NCBI GenBank assembly: GCA_038063555.1
Contig: JBBTUX010000010.1
Coordinates: 22,936-86,935, forward strand
Direction: 5' to 3'
DNA from: Patescibacteria group bacterium
GTDB taxonomy: Bacteria > Patescibacteriota > Minisyncoccia > Phycocordibacterales > JAKFXT01
DNA: 64,000 bases
In this document: piece by piece, positions 24,983 to 34,095 of the stretch
Layout: each line of letters begins with the position of its first letter
How positions within the stretch are numbered: the first letter of the stretch is position 1
Notes under the pieces: generated by a model
What the model was told of the DNA's origin: nothing
What the model saw: the letters and a program-made list of their open reading frames with translations, nothing else
The model's database searches: none
Position numbers and translations under genes: made by a program

Positions 24983-25798
24983 ATGCCAAAGATAAAAAAC
25001 AATATAAGAATCAAGAAGTGGCCCAAGAAACAATTTGGGCAAAACTTTCTGACCAACAAAACAATCGTTAATAGAATGGTGAAAACTGCTCTAATAAAAG
25101 AAGCTGACATTGTTCTTGAAATAGGAGCGGGCAAGGGAGTTTTGACAGAAGAATTACTCAAAAGTGGAGCAAGAGTTTTGGCTGTTGAGAAAGATCGCGA
25201 CTTGATACCAGAATTGAAAGAAAGGTTTTCTGAAAAAATAAAAAATGAAAAATTAATTTTGATTGAAAAAGATATTCGCGACATTAATTTAAAAAATTAC
25301 AAATTTAAAAATGGTAAGTGGAAGTTGGTTGCCAACATTCCTTATTACATCACTGGAGAAATTCTAAGAAGATTTTTGGAAAATAAAATACAGCCATCTC
25401 TAATGGTCCTAATGGTGCAAAAAGAAGTCGGGCAAAGAATTGTGGCGCGAGATGGCAAAGAAAGCATTCTTTCAATTTCTGTAAAAGTATACGGCAAAGC
25501 AACTCTTGTTTCCTATGTTTCCCGTGGCAATTTTACCCCGTCGCCAAACGTTGATTCGGCTATTATAAGCATCTCAAATATCAACAAGAATTTTTTTAAA
25601 GGTTTCAGTGAGAAAAAATTCTTTGAAATACTGAGAACAGGCTTTGCTCATAAGAGAAAATTCCTTTTTTCTAATTTATCTATTCTTTTTTCTGTAGATA
25701 AACTGAGAAAATCTTTCAAAAAGGCAAATATACCCCTAAATATAAGGGGGGAAGACCTTTCTTTATCACAATGGGGTGAATTATCTCTGCTACTTTAG
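24983..25798 (+). CDS. rsmA: 16S rRNA m6,2A dimethyltransferase
   Basis: KKQFGQNFL, VLEIGAGKG, VANIPYYIT, MVQKEV, PNVDSA. Confidence 0.96.
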   Translation: MPKIKNNIRIKKWPKKQFGQNFLTNKTIVNRMVKTALIKEADIVLEIGAGKGVLTEELLKSGARVLAVEKDRDLIPELKERFSEKIKNEKLILIEKDIRDINLKNYKFKNGKWKLVANIPYYITGEILRRFLENKIQPSLMVLMVQKEVGQRIVARDGKESILSISVKVYGKATLVSYVSRGNFTPSPNVDSAIISISNINKNFFKGFSEKKFFEILRTGFAHKRKFLFSNLSILFSVDKLRKSFKKANIPLNIRGEDLSLSQWGELSLLL

Positions 25799-25902
25799 AG
25801 AGTGGGGACGATCTTAAGGCCAAATATTGAAAACTATCCCCAAAGGTAGGTGTCTTTAAGGAATTAAGGGACATTTGTCTGATACAATTGGTGGAGGCAA
25901 AG

Positions 25903-26952
25903 ATGGAAAACTTTGCAAAAATACTGCCTAGCAGACGCTTTTCGGCCGTGTTGGGGTCGTTGGTATTTGTTATTGTCTTAGTTTGGGGAGCCAAAGCCCT
26001 TTCTATGTCAAAAAATTCTTCTGTTTCCATTGCCGATAGCCCCTCTCTCATTACAAGCAGTGAAATAGAACGTCTCTCTTTTGAAAAAGTAAATTTGATT
26101 GATAGCGATGAAGATGATCTGAAAGATTGGGAGGAAATTCTCTGGCAAACCGACCCTAAAAACCCCGACACTGATAGCGACGGAACAAACGATGGGGAAG
26201 AAATAAAGAAAAATAGAGACCCTAAAGTTAAGGGTCCTAGCGACACTTTGCATTTACCAGTTGGCACCGACCAAAGCACAGTAAATAAAGTTGAGGAAAA
26301 ATTAACAACCACAGATTTGGTGGCGCGAGATTTTTTCAGTAAATACCTCGCCGCAAAACAAAGTGGGCAACCTATAGACAGTAATATATCTGGCCAAATA
26401 GCTTCCTCTGTTTTAACGCAAACAAAAACTATAGGAATAGTCAGACTTTATAGCCAAGGCGATTTAATAATTGATAAAAACGACAACACCGAAAATTTAA
26501 AAAGTTATGGTGAAAAAATGGGAAGCATTATAAAAAATACACCTCCTTGGAAAGAAAGTGAGTTAGAAATTATTAAGCAAGCGCTTGAAAGAGAGGACGA
26601 GAGCATTTTGAAACGACTTGACCCTATTATAAATGGCTACACTTCAATGCGCGAACAAATGTTAAAAATTACTGTGCCAGAAAAAGCGATTCCTACTCAT
26701 TTGGATTTATTGAATGCTATGGAGAAAATAATTTCTTCACTAAAATCCGCTCAAAATGTTTTCAAAGACCCGGTAACAGCATTGACGATTTTTGGAAAAT
26801 ATTCAGAAACAATTACAGGGCTTCATAGAGTTTTTATTGATATACGAGGACTTTTCCAAAGAAATAACATTACCTATGACAGCTTAAAAAACGATGGATA
26901 TTACTATGCCAATTTTGCAGATTTAATTGAATTGAGCGCAAAAAAACAATGA
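25903..26952 (+). CDS. Membrane-anchored protein with thrombospondin-3-like Ca-binding repeats
   Basis: TM then DSDEDDLKDWEE..TDPKNPDTDSDGTNDGEE. Confidence 0.75.
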   Translation: MENFAKILPSRRFSAVLGSLVFVIVLVWGAKALSMSKNSSVSIADSPSLITSSEIERLSFEKVNLIDSDEDDLKDWEEILWQTDPKNPDTDSDGTNDGEEIKKNRDPKVKGPSDTLHLPVGTDQSTVNKVEEKLTTTDLVARDFFSKYLAAKQSGQPIDSNISGQIASSVLTQTKTIGIVRLYSQGDLIIDKNDNTENLKSYGEKMGSIIKNTPPWKESELEIIKQALEREDESILKRLDPIINGYTSMREQMLKITVPEKAIPTHLDLLNAMEKIISSLKSAQNVFKDPVTALTIFGKYSETITGLHRVFIDIRGLFQRNNITYDSLKNDGYYYANFADLIELSAKKQ

Positions 26953-28598
26953 TTATTTCTTCTTTGCAAAAGCAAAATAGGTTGATATTTAAGGCCGTTT
27001 CTGTGTTTGTAGTATTAGCGTTTTTATTTTCACCTATTCTACCTGCCAAAAAAGTCGAGGCGCTAGTTGTGAGTTGTCCAGTTTGTGAGGCCATACTTAC
27101 CACCATAAGCACTGTGTCGACCTACATAATTGGCGGTGGCATAGCGTTTTTGGTTACTAAAGAAAAAGTCCTAGACCCGATTTTCAAAATGATTGCGCGC
27201 ATGATTTTACGGGGCATAACACAAAGCATTATCCAATGGGCAGCTGGTGGCTTCCAAGGCAATCCATCTTTTATACAAAACCCCACACAATTTTTTGCCA
27301 ATGTGGCTGACCAGGCCATAGGACAAATAATTTATAACAACGCCGGCCTACAATGGATGTGTAGTCCATTCCGGCTTCAATTGAAACGCGCTCTTATTTA
27401 CAATCGCTCTTTTACCCAAAGGTCACAGTGTACCTTGACCGGCATAGTCGGAAACTATGAAGGATTCATAAGTGGAGTTAATAATGAACTTGGAACTTTG
27501 GGTGGTTGGAATGCCTGGAACGTAATGGCAACGCAACCAGAAAATAATCCCTATGGAGCATACGCACTTTTTAATCTTCAGGTTGAAGCCGCTATTACAA
27601 CTGACAAAACGCGCGAGCTCAATCTTCTAAATTGGGGTAAGGGATTTTTCTCTTGGAAAGAGCCTGGATGTGTTCAAAGGGCAATGGCAAATAAGCAAAT
27701 ACAAGATACAAGAGATGTTTACGAAGGTGAGGGAGGCGGAGCTCCACTTCCTCAAGTAGTAAGTGAGGACGCTGCGGGTAATGTGAATCTTTACGATCGA
27801 GTGCCAGAGAATACCAACCCAAACAAATGCGACACAATCACTCCCGGAAGCGTCATCGCTGACTCCGTCAACAAAGCTCTTGGTGCGGGGCAAGACGAAC
27901 TTATTGCGGCGGATGAAATCGGTGAGGTTTTGGGAGCCGTGCTTTATGGACTGGTTACCAATGTTTTGGGGGATGCTGGTTTGTTTGGCGCCGGCGGAGG
28001 GGGTGGCGTATATTCAAATGATTACGAGGCACAAGTAGAGCAAGAGGATAGAGAGGTTTTTCAAACAACTAAAAACGACACTGTTTCTCAAATAGTTTCT
28101 AGTGCAAACGATGAAAATAGTTATATTGCAACTAAAAATCAATCTATTGCTCGTATAGAAATTTCAGCCCAAAAAGTGCGTGACATTATAGGGTGCTATC
28201 AACAAAGAATTGCTCTTGCCGCAAGTAGCACAGAGCCGGTTAATATAGCTCTGTTCCAAAATGAAATTGCTAGCGCCTCAACCACGCTTGCTCAAGTTCT
28301 CTTAAGAAAAGCACCTCTTCAGAGGGACATATCAATAGGGGAAAACAACTTAAACAATTTAAATTCATTGGGCGACCGAATGAGTGCTTTGCCGTATGAA
28401 AGAAGAGATTCTTTCCGCTCCCTTGCAAATGAATTTGCAAACTTGCTTTCTCAAATACATTACCAAGGAGATGTGATACAGGCAGAATATGAACGCGATT
28501 TCACCATTCCTGAAAGTTTGAAAACAATAGATACTCAGAGTGATCAGAAGTTCCAACAATGTCAAAATCCGCCTGAAACAAACAATCAAGCAGTATGA
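26949..28598 (+). CDS. Secreted/membrane protein of the T4SS-like cluster
   Basis: Signal peptide (..KVEA), Cys pairs, helical C-terminus; ATGA overlap with neighbours. Confidence 0.7.
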   Translation: MIISSLQKQNRLIFKAVSVFVVLAFLFSPILPAKKVEALVVSCPVCEAILTTISTVSTYIIGGGIAFLVTKEKVLDPIFKMIARMILRGITQSIIQWAAGGFQGNPSFIQNPTQFFANVADQAIGQIIYNNAGLQWMCSPFRLQLKRALIYNRSFTQRSQCTLTGIVGNYEGFISGVNNELGTLGGWNAWNVMATQPENNPYGAYALFNLQVEAAITTDKTRELNLLNWGKGFFSWKEPGCVQRAMANKQIQDTRDVYEGEGGGAPLPQVVSEDAAGNVNLYDRVPENTNPNKCDTITPGSVIADSVNKALGAGQDELIAADEIGEVLGAVLYGLVTNVLGDAGLFGAGGGGGVYSNDYEAQVEQEDREVFQTTKNDTVSQIVSSANDENSYIATKNQSIARIEISAQKVRDIIGCYQQRIALAASSTEPVNIALFQNEIASASTTLAQVLLRKAPLQRDISIGENNLNNLNSLGDRMSALPYERRDSFRSLANEFANLLSQIHYQGDVIQAEYERDFTIPESLKTIDTQSDQKFQQCQNPPETNNQAV

Positions 28599-31021
28599 GA
28601 AAGAAATTTGAATACATAATAGTAATTTCAATAATTCTTCAAAGTATTTTTGGATTTGTTTTGCCGGCGCAGGCGCAAGAAAATGACAATGTAAGTGCCA
28701 CATTTAATGCCGAAAATGCCACACAAATAAATAATGCCAACACCACCATTCCCTCAGGAGGATTGGAAAACCCTGCAAACAATCCAAGCAATCCAAATGC
28801 TTACAGTCCTCAAGCCGCCGCACAAGAAGCGCAACAAAAACAAGAAGCCGCTAAAAATGCGAAAAAAACTGAAATTCCAGAATTATGCACTTGGAAAGAG
28901 AAAGTTACGTTAAACATATCGGAATGCGTGGGAAACCTTCTTTTAGTCATAGGAGGCGCTTTTGTGGGAATAACAGGAACATTTTTAAACTTCTCAATCG
29001 AGATTACAGTTTTACAAATGTCAAAATTTGTTAATGACGTTGGAGTTATTACCGCGGGATGGAAAACTTTCCGCGACCTTGCCAATATGTTTTTCATCTT
29101 TATATTAATTTATATTGCCATTGCCACAATTATAGGTGCTGCCAGTATGAATACCCGCAAATCGCTGGTAATGGTAATAATTGTAGCCCTTCTTATTAAC
29201 TTCAGTATGTTTTTCACTAAGGTAGTAATTGACGCATCAAATATTCTGGCCATTCAATTTTATAATTCTATAAGCAAAGGGCCTAGTTCTTCAAATAATG
29301 GTTTCTCTTGGGTTTTTATGAACGCTTCGCGTCTTACCACCCTTTACCCGACCGACAGTTCTGCGACTGATAGTGCTAAAGCTAAGGGGTATAAAGGATC
29401 AAATATTCTTCTAATTGGTTTCTTCGGGCTTATATTTGGGATTATTTTATCTTTTTGTTTTCTTGCTATAGGAATTTTATTTGTTATAAGATTTGTAGTT
29501 TTACTTTTCTTAATGATGCTTTCGCCAATTGCCCTTTTGGGTCTTGTTGTAAACAGAATGGGAGAAGTTTGGACTAAGTGGCTTAACACATTATTTAGAG
29601 AAGCCATTTTTGCTCCGACTATTATGGCCATGCTTTGGATTATTGCTTCAATAGTGAACAATACGGCCTTCATAAATGCAATAAACCGAAATGGTCAAAC
29701 AGATGGAGGATTTTATAATATCATTGGGGAAACAATCAAAGATTCCATGGCTGTGGCAGTTAATTTTGGAATTTTGATAGCAATGCTCATAGGAGCTCTC
29801 ATTATTTCAAAAAACTTCAGTGGTTCAGCCGGCGGCGCCGTCTTGGGCGCCGCCGAAAAGTGGTCCAGAAAAGCAGCTGGTGGCATGACTTTCGGCGCCG
29901 CCGGCTTTGCTGGAAGAAAAAGCTTTGGCTGGGCAGGAAACAAATTGGCTGAAAATAAGGGGCTTGAACGCTTTGCGGCTAGAAATCCTTTTGTTGGTGG
30001 AAATATTTTGAGAGCGGCAAAGGGAGTTGCGAGTTCTAGTTTTGACGCTCGTGGCGCAGGAATCAGTGCCTTGGGAGATGCCGGAGGGAAGGGTGGTTAC
30101 AGAGGCATACTTGAGGCGCAAGTTAAAGAACGCCAACGCAGAGCGACAGAACTTAAAGATGTAAAAATCTATTCTGATGAAAAAACTGAAACCGAAGCCA
30201 CAGGCAGAGAAGAAGCTATAAAAGGATATGACACTCGCATTGCTGAATTAAATAAAAAAGCCGCTGAATTGAGAATGGTAACACCGAAAGACGTGGCTGA
30301 TGGAGAGAGATTGGCGGCAGAAAGAGAAAATATTGAAAAACAAAGAGTGGGAACTATAAATCTAAGAAACGAAGCCCAAGCCAAACTAAAAGAAATTCAT
30401 ACAGATCAAGGCAGAACAAAAACAGGTGAGCAGGTTTATGGTGAGCAACTAATGCAAGGACCAATTGCTGCTGTCATGAAGAGGCTTTCAGCAGAACGTG
30501 AAAAGTCTTCCAAAAAGATAGACGAGCCATACGCCAAAGATCGATATAAACAAGAAACCAAATATGCCGATGATATTACTCTTAATAGACTCGATGCTCA
30601 AATAGAAGAGCTTAGGGCACAGCTAGAAAGGGGAGCGAAAGCGGGGGTCAATGCTTCAGAAGCTATCGCGCGACACACCGAAGAACTTTCTAAGGTTGCT
30701 GAGAAAATGTCTAAAGTGGATTCAGAGGTCAAGTGGGGTCGCGCTAGTAACGAAGAAAGAGAGGTCTTAAAAACTGAGAGTGAAAATCTTAAAAAGAAAA
30801 TCGATGAGATTCAAAAAAACTCAAGTCGAGCGGCTAATTTACAAAAAGAACTTTTAGAAAAACAAATAAGCGACCTTAAAAATCAAAAAAGTAAAATCAA
30901 AGGTAAAAGAGCAACAGAAAAATTCCGCGAAGTGGTAAAAGAGTTTGGGTATGATGAAGAAAAAAAACAAGAAAAACCAACACCTGAAGTAAAAAACGAT
31001 GGTGGGGAAGCGAAAACATAA
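28595..31021 (+). CDS. VirB6/TrbL-like polytopic membrane protein
   Basis: GWKTFRDLANMFFI, ALLINFS..VIDASN, several TMs, Gly/Ala-rich then coiled-coil tail. Confidence 0.75.
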   Translation: MRKKFEYIIVISIILQSIFGFVLPAQAQENDNVSATFNAENATQINNANTTIPSGGLENPANNPSNPNAYSPQAAAQEAQQKQEAAKNAKKTEIPELCTWKEKVTLNISECVGNLLLVIGGAFVGITGTFLNFSIEITVLQMSKFVNDVGVITAGWKTFRDLANMFFIFILIYIAIATIIGAASMNTRKSLVMVIIVALLINFSMFFTKVVIDASNILAIQFYNSISKGPSSSNNGFSWVFMNASRLTTLYPTDSSATDSAKAKGYKGSNILLIGFFGLIFGIILSFCFLAIGILFVIRFVVLLFLMMLSPIALLGLVVNRMGEVWTKWLNTLFREAIFAPTIMAMLWIIASIVNNTAFINAINRNGQTDGGFYNIIGETIKDSMAVAVNFGILIAMLIGALIISKNFSGSAGGAVLGAAEKWSRKAAGGMTFGAAGFAGRKSFGWAGNKLAENKGLERFAARNPFVGGNILRAAKGVASSSFDARGAGISALGDAGGKGGYRGILEAQVKERQRRATELKDVKIYSDEKTETEATGREEAIKGYDTRIAELNKKAAELRMVTPKDVADGERLAAERENIEKQRVGTINLRNEAQAKLKEIHTDQGRTKTGEQVYGEQLMQGPIAAVMKRLSAEREKSSKKIDEPYAKDRYKQETKYADDITLNRLDAQIEELRAQLERGAKAGVNASEAIARHTEELSKVAEKMSKVDSEVKWGRASNEEREVLKTESENLKKKIDEIQKNSSRAANLQKELLEKQISDLKNQKSKIKGKRATEKFREVVKEFGYDEEKKQEKPTPEVKNDGGEAKT

Positions 31022-31042
31022 GATAGAATGTAAAATATAAAC

Positions 31043-31906
31043 ATGCACTATTCACCTGATGAGTTACAAAGAAAATTTGATTCTCTGCCTGAAGAACTAA
31101 GGGAAGCGATTACTTCTGTTGACTTTGCCAAGTCCCTGCAAGAAATTGGCAAAACGAGTGGCTTGCACTTAGACCAATTAGATCAACTTTTTGAAGAAGT
31201 CGGTTTTGTTTTACTTGGAATGACACACCCAAGCGAGTTTGGCAGAAAAATTGGTGTTTTATTTAATCTTCCAGAAGTTGCTAGAAACAGTTTGGTAAAA
31301 GAAGTTGATGAAAAAATATTTAAACCAATTAGAACGTCTTTAATGTCTCTTCACAGTAAAACACCAAAAACGACCAACGACTTACGACCAACGACTTACG
31401 ACAGACAAACAAATGAGGTCAAACCCCGAGAACAAGCAATTCCTCATGAAACTGACTATAGTATGTCGAGAGCTGATATATTGTCTGCAATTGAGAACCC
31501 TGTGACCAAAAAAGTTAACATCGATAACACTCCAAAAAGGAATGTAGAAACTAGTGACCCTCATCTATATTTGTCGGAGCATAATGAAATGATTCAAAAA
31601 ATGAAAATTGCTCCTTTAGCAGGAAACATAATTACTCCTAAAAAATCCTTGGCAGAAGAAGCTGTTTTGGTAGCCCAGAAAAAAGTGGAGGGTGACAAAA
31701 GGACTCCCTCTCCCGACAAATCGCAAAATCCCTCTCCAATAATAATTCAGAAAACGCCCCCCGCTCCACAAAATATTCAACCTTTAACAATAGCCACTTC
31801 TCCTTTGGAAAAATTGAGCAGTGTTGTCCGTATTCCCAGACAGTCTGTCAACATTACGACACCGCCTACAACAAAAGGTGTCGATCCTTATAGAGAGGTT
31901 GTTTAA
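31043..31906 (+). CDS. Hypothetical protein (helical N-domain, Pro-rich tail ending DPYRE)
   Basis: 287-aa ORF; carries in-frame heptamer array 31367-31408. Confidence 0.75.
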   Translation: MHYSPDELQRKFDSLPEELREAITSVDFAKSLQEIGKTSGLHLDQLDQLFEEVGFVLLGMTHPSEFGRKIGVLFNLPEVARNSLVKEVDEKIFKPIRTSLMSLHSKTPKTTNDLRPTTYDRQTNEVKPREQAIPHETDYSMSRADILSAIENPVTKKVNIDNTPKRNVETSDPHLYLSEHNEMIQKMKIAPLAGNIITPKKSLAEEAVLVAQKKVEGDKRTPSPDKSQNPSPIIIQKTPPAPQNIQPLTIATSPLEKLSSVVRIPRQSVNITTPPTTKGVDPYREVV

Positions 31907-31909
31907 GAA

Positions 31910-32330
31910 CCAACAACTGACGACTTACAACTAACAATGAGAAAATTCAAATTTCTTGACTGGCAGGTCTATAAAGACTCTCGGGACTTGTTTTCTGAAA
32001 TATTAAAAATTGTAAAAAAATTACCAAAAGAATATAGATTTGAATTGGGGAGTCAGGTTATTCGCTCGTCTCTTTCTATAACCCTGAACATAGCGGAAGG
32101 TAGCGGAAAAGAATCTGACAAAGAGCTTGTTCGTTTTATTGAGATAAGCCTGGGTTCTGCGTATGAAACATTGGCCTGTTTAGACTCAATGAGAAATAGC
32201 GAGTTGATAACCTTGGTAGAGTTTAACAATTTGCAAGAAAAAATTTCCTCTGTTTGTAATCAACTCGGCGGACTAAAGAAAAAAGTTGTCTTAACAGAGA
32301 AGTTGTAAGTTGTTGGTTGTTGGTTGTAAG
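31910..32330. repeat. Inverted type-A heptamer arrays enclosing four-helix-bundle gene 1
   Basis: CCAACAA CTGACGA CTTACAA CTAACAA (31910-31937) / TTGTAAG TTGTTGG TTGTTGG TTGTAAG (32303-32330). Confidence 0.85.
31937..32308 (+). CDS. Four-helix-bundle protein (23S rRNA IVP/bAvd-like family)
   Basis: LPKEYRFELGSQVIRSSLSITLNIAEGSG..ISLGSAYET. Confidence 0.92.
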   Translation: MRKFKFLDWQVYKDSRDLFSEILKIVKKLPKEYRFELGSQVIRSSLSITLNIAEGSGKESDKELVRFIEISLGSAYETLACLDSMRNSELITLVEFNNLQEKISSVCNQLGGLKKKVVLTEKL

Positions 32331-32343
32331 TTATAATTAGCTC

Positions 32344-32868
32344 ATGCAATATCAAGTTCCACAATTTATAGAGGTTGAGGACAAACTTTTCGGTCCACTC
32401 ACTTTAAAACAGTTTATTTACCTTGCTGGGGGGGTTGGCATCGCGGTTGTTCTCTATATTTTCATTCCCATTAAATTTATAGCCATAATTATAGCTGTTC
32501 CTTTTGTCGCTTTTGCTATAGCCCTTTCTTTTTATAAGATAAACAGCAAGCCGTTTATTTTCACACTGGAGGCAGCTGTTGGTTATTGGCTGAAAAACAA
32601 ACTATACATTTGGAAAAAAACAACAAAGAAGATTGAAGCCAAAAAAGAAATGGTTGATGAAGGTCCTTCCATAGAAACTCTTTTAGCCCCCCGTCTTTCT
32701 GACAGTCGTCTTAAAGATTTGGCCTGGAGTTTAGATGTTAAGGAGCGCCTTGATTCAAGCCCCTTGGCAAAATACAAAGAGAAAAAACTTTCATTTGAAG
32801 AAGAGGAGAAGGAGAGGGTCGAGTTCACTAAGAACTATGACCTGGGTGCAAAAGGTCATAGTTCTTAG
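32344..32868 (+). CDS. PrgI family protein
   Basis: YQVPQFIEVEDKLFGPLTLKQF + 2 TM. Confidence 0.88.
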   Translation: MQYQVPQFIEVEDKLFGPLTLKQFIYLAGGVGIAVVLYIFIPIKFIAIIIAVPFVAFAIALSFYKINSKPFIFTLEAAVGYWLKNKLYIWKKTTKKIEAKKEMVDEGPSIETLLAPRLSDSRLKDLAWSLDVKERLDSSPLAKYKEKKLSFEEEEKERVEFTKNYDLGAKGHSS

Positions 32869-33290
32869 AGTTAAGAGTTACGAGATATGAGTTATGAAAA
32901 AATTAAAGATTTTACCGACCTTAGAGTATGGCAAGAGAGTCACAAATTGGTTCTTTTGACATACTTATTAACTAAAAAGTTTCCTGCTGAAGAAAAATTC
33001 TCACTTACTAGCCAACTTCGTAGGGCAGTTGTATCTATAACTTCAAATGTTGCCGAGGGTTTCGGAAGACAAAGCTATAAAGAAAGGATACAATTTTATT
33101 ATATGGCTCAAGGTTCATTAATTGAAGTAAAAAATCAACTTTTAGTGGCAAGAGATATTGGATATCTTGACAAGATAAATTTTGAAAAAGTTATGGAACA
33201 ATCAAATGTCGCTCATCAATTATTGCAAGGATTAATTAGAAGTTCTAAAGAATATCTTACTCGTAACTCGTAACTCTTATCTCATAACTC
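32868..33290. repeat. Inverted type-B heptamer arrays enclosing four-helix-bundle gene 2
   Basis: GAGTTAA GAGTTAC GAGATAT GAGTTAT (32868-32895) / CTTACTC GTAACTC GTAACTC TTATCTC ATAACTC (33256-33290). Confidence 0.85.
32887..33273 (+). CDS. Four-helix-bundle protein (23S rRNA IVP/bAvd-like family)
   Basis: FTDLRVWQ..FPAEEKFSLTSQLRRAVVSITSNVAEGFGR..AQGSLIEV. Confidence 0.93.
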   Translation: MSYEKIKDFTDLRVWQESHKLVLLTYLLTKKFPAEEKFSLTSQLRRAVVSITSNVAEGFGRQSYKERIQFYYMAQGSLIEVKNQLLVARDIGYLDKINFEKVMEQSNVAHQLLQGLIRSSKEYLTRNS

Positions 33291-33295
33291 ATTTT

Positions 33296-33928
33296 ATGGC
33301 ACAACAACAAACAGGTTCTACGCAAGATTTTGTGCCTATAAAGGAGGTGCGTGATGGAGTTGTAATACTTAAAGATGGCGGTCTAAGAGCCATACTTTTG
33401 ACATCTTCCGTTAACTTCGCTCTAAAATCGCAAGACGAGCAGGGATCAATAATTTTTCAATTTCAAAACTTTTTAAACTCGCTTGAATTTCCTATTGAAA
33501 TATTTCTTCAGTCAAGAAAATTGGACATAAGACCATATCTTTCGCTTTTAGAAAATCGCTATCGCGAACAAGTGGTTGATTTGCTGAAAATACAAACTCG
33601 CGAATATATTGAATTCATAAAAAGTTTCACTGAAAGCGCCAACATTATGACTAAAAGTTTTTTTATAGTAATTCCTTACACTCCTCCAATTTTAACTTCT
33701 TCCTCGGTGGGAAACTTTTTCGGTGGCAATAAAAAACCTACCCCGCAAGATTTATCTAATCAATTTGAAGAACATCGAACTCAATTGGAGCAAAGAATCT
33801 CCGTTGTAGAACAGGGAATGGTGCGTACCGGAGTAAGGGTTGTGCAACTTGGCACAGAAGAAATAATCGAGCTTTACTATAAAATATTCAATCCGGGAGA
33901 GCAGGACAAACCAATGAAATTGTCGTAG
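33296..33928 (+). CDS. TraC/VirB4 N-terminal-like protein
   Basis: STQDFVPIKEVRDGVVILKDG..SVNFALKSQDEQ..FQNFLNSL; lies between PrgI and VirB4. Confidence 0.7.
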   Translation: MAQQQTGSTQDFVPIKEVRDGVVILKDGGLRAILLTSSVNFALKSQDEQGSIIFQFQNFLNSLEFPIEIFLQSRKLDIRPYLSLLENRYREQVVDLLKIQTREYIEFIKSFTESANIMTKSFFIVIPYTPPILTSSSVGNFFGGNKKPTPQDLSNQFEEHRTQLEQRISVVEQGMVRTGVRVVQLGTEEIIELYYKIFNPGEQDKPMKLS

Positions 33929-34088
33929 ACAATTTCATTGGTTTGGAGTTACGAGTTAAGAGACGCGAGTTACGAACAAGAAAGTCCCAAAAAATACTGA
34001 ATTTGGAGTATAATTTCAGTGTATGACAACAAATAACTTGTTGGGGTCTTTTGTTAATATCATTCTCATAACTCTTATCTCATAACTC
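33908..34088. repeat. 17-bp hairpin + gene-less inverted type-B heptamer arrays
   Basis: Stem 33908-33944; arrays 33946-33973 and 34061-34088. Confidence 0.8.
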
Positions 34089-34095
34089 TTCCCTT

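Noticed and set aside
29828-29856. GC-rich palindrome in the VirB6-like gene
   Set aside because: Explained by Gly/Ala codons (AGGAVLGAA); no match to the repeat families.
31937-33273. Diversity-generating retroelement suggested by Avd-like proteins
   Set aside because: No reverse transcriptase and no TR/VR pair differing at adenines was seen.
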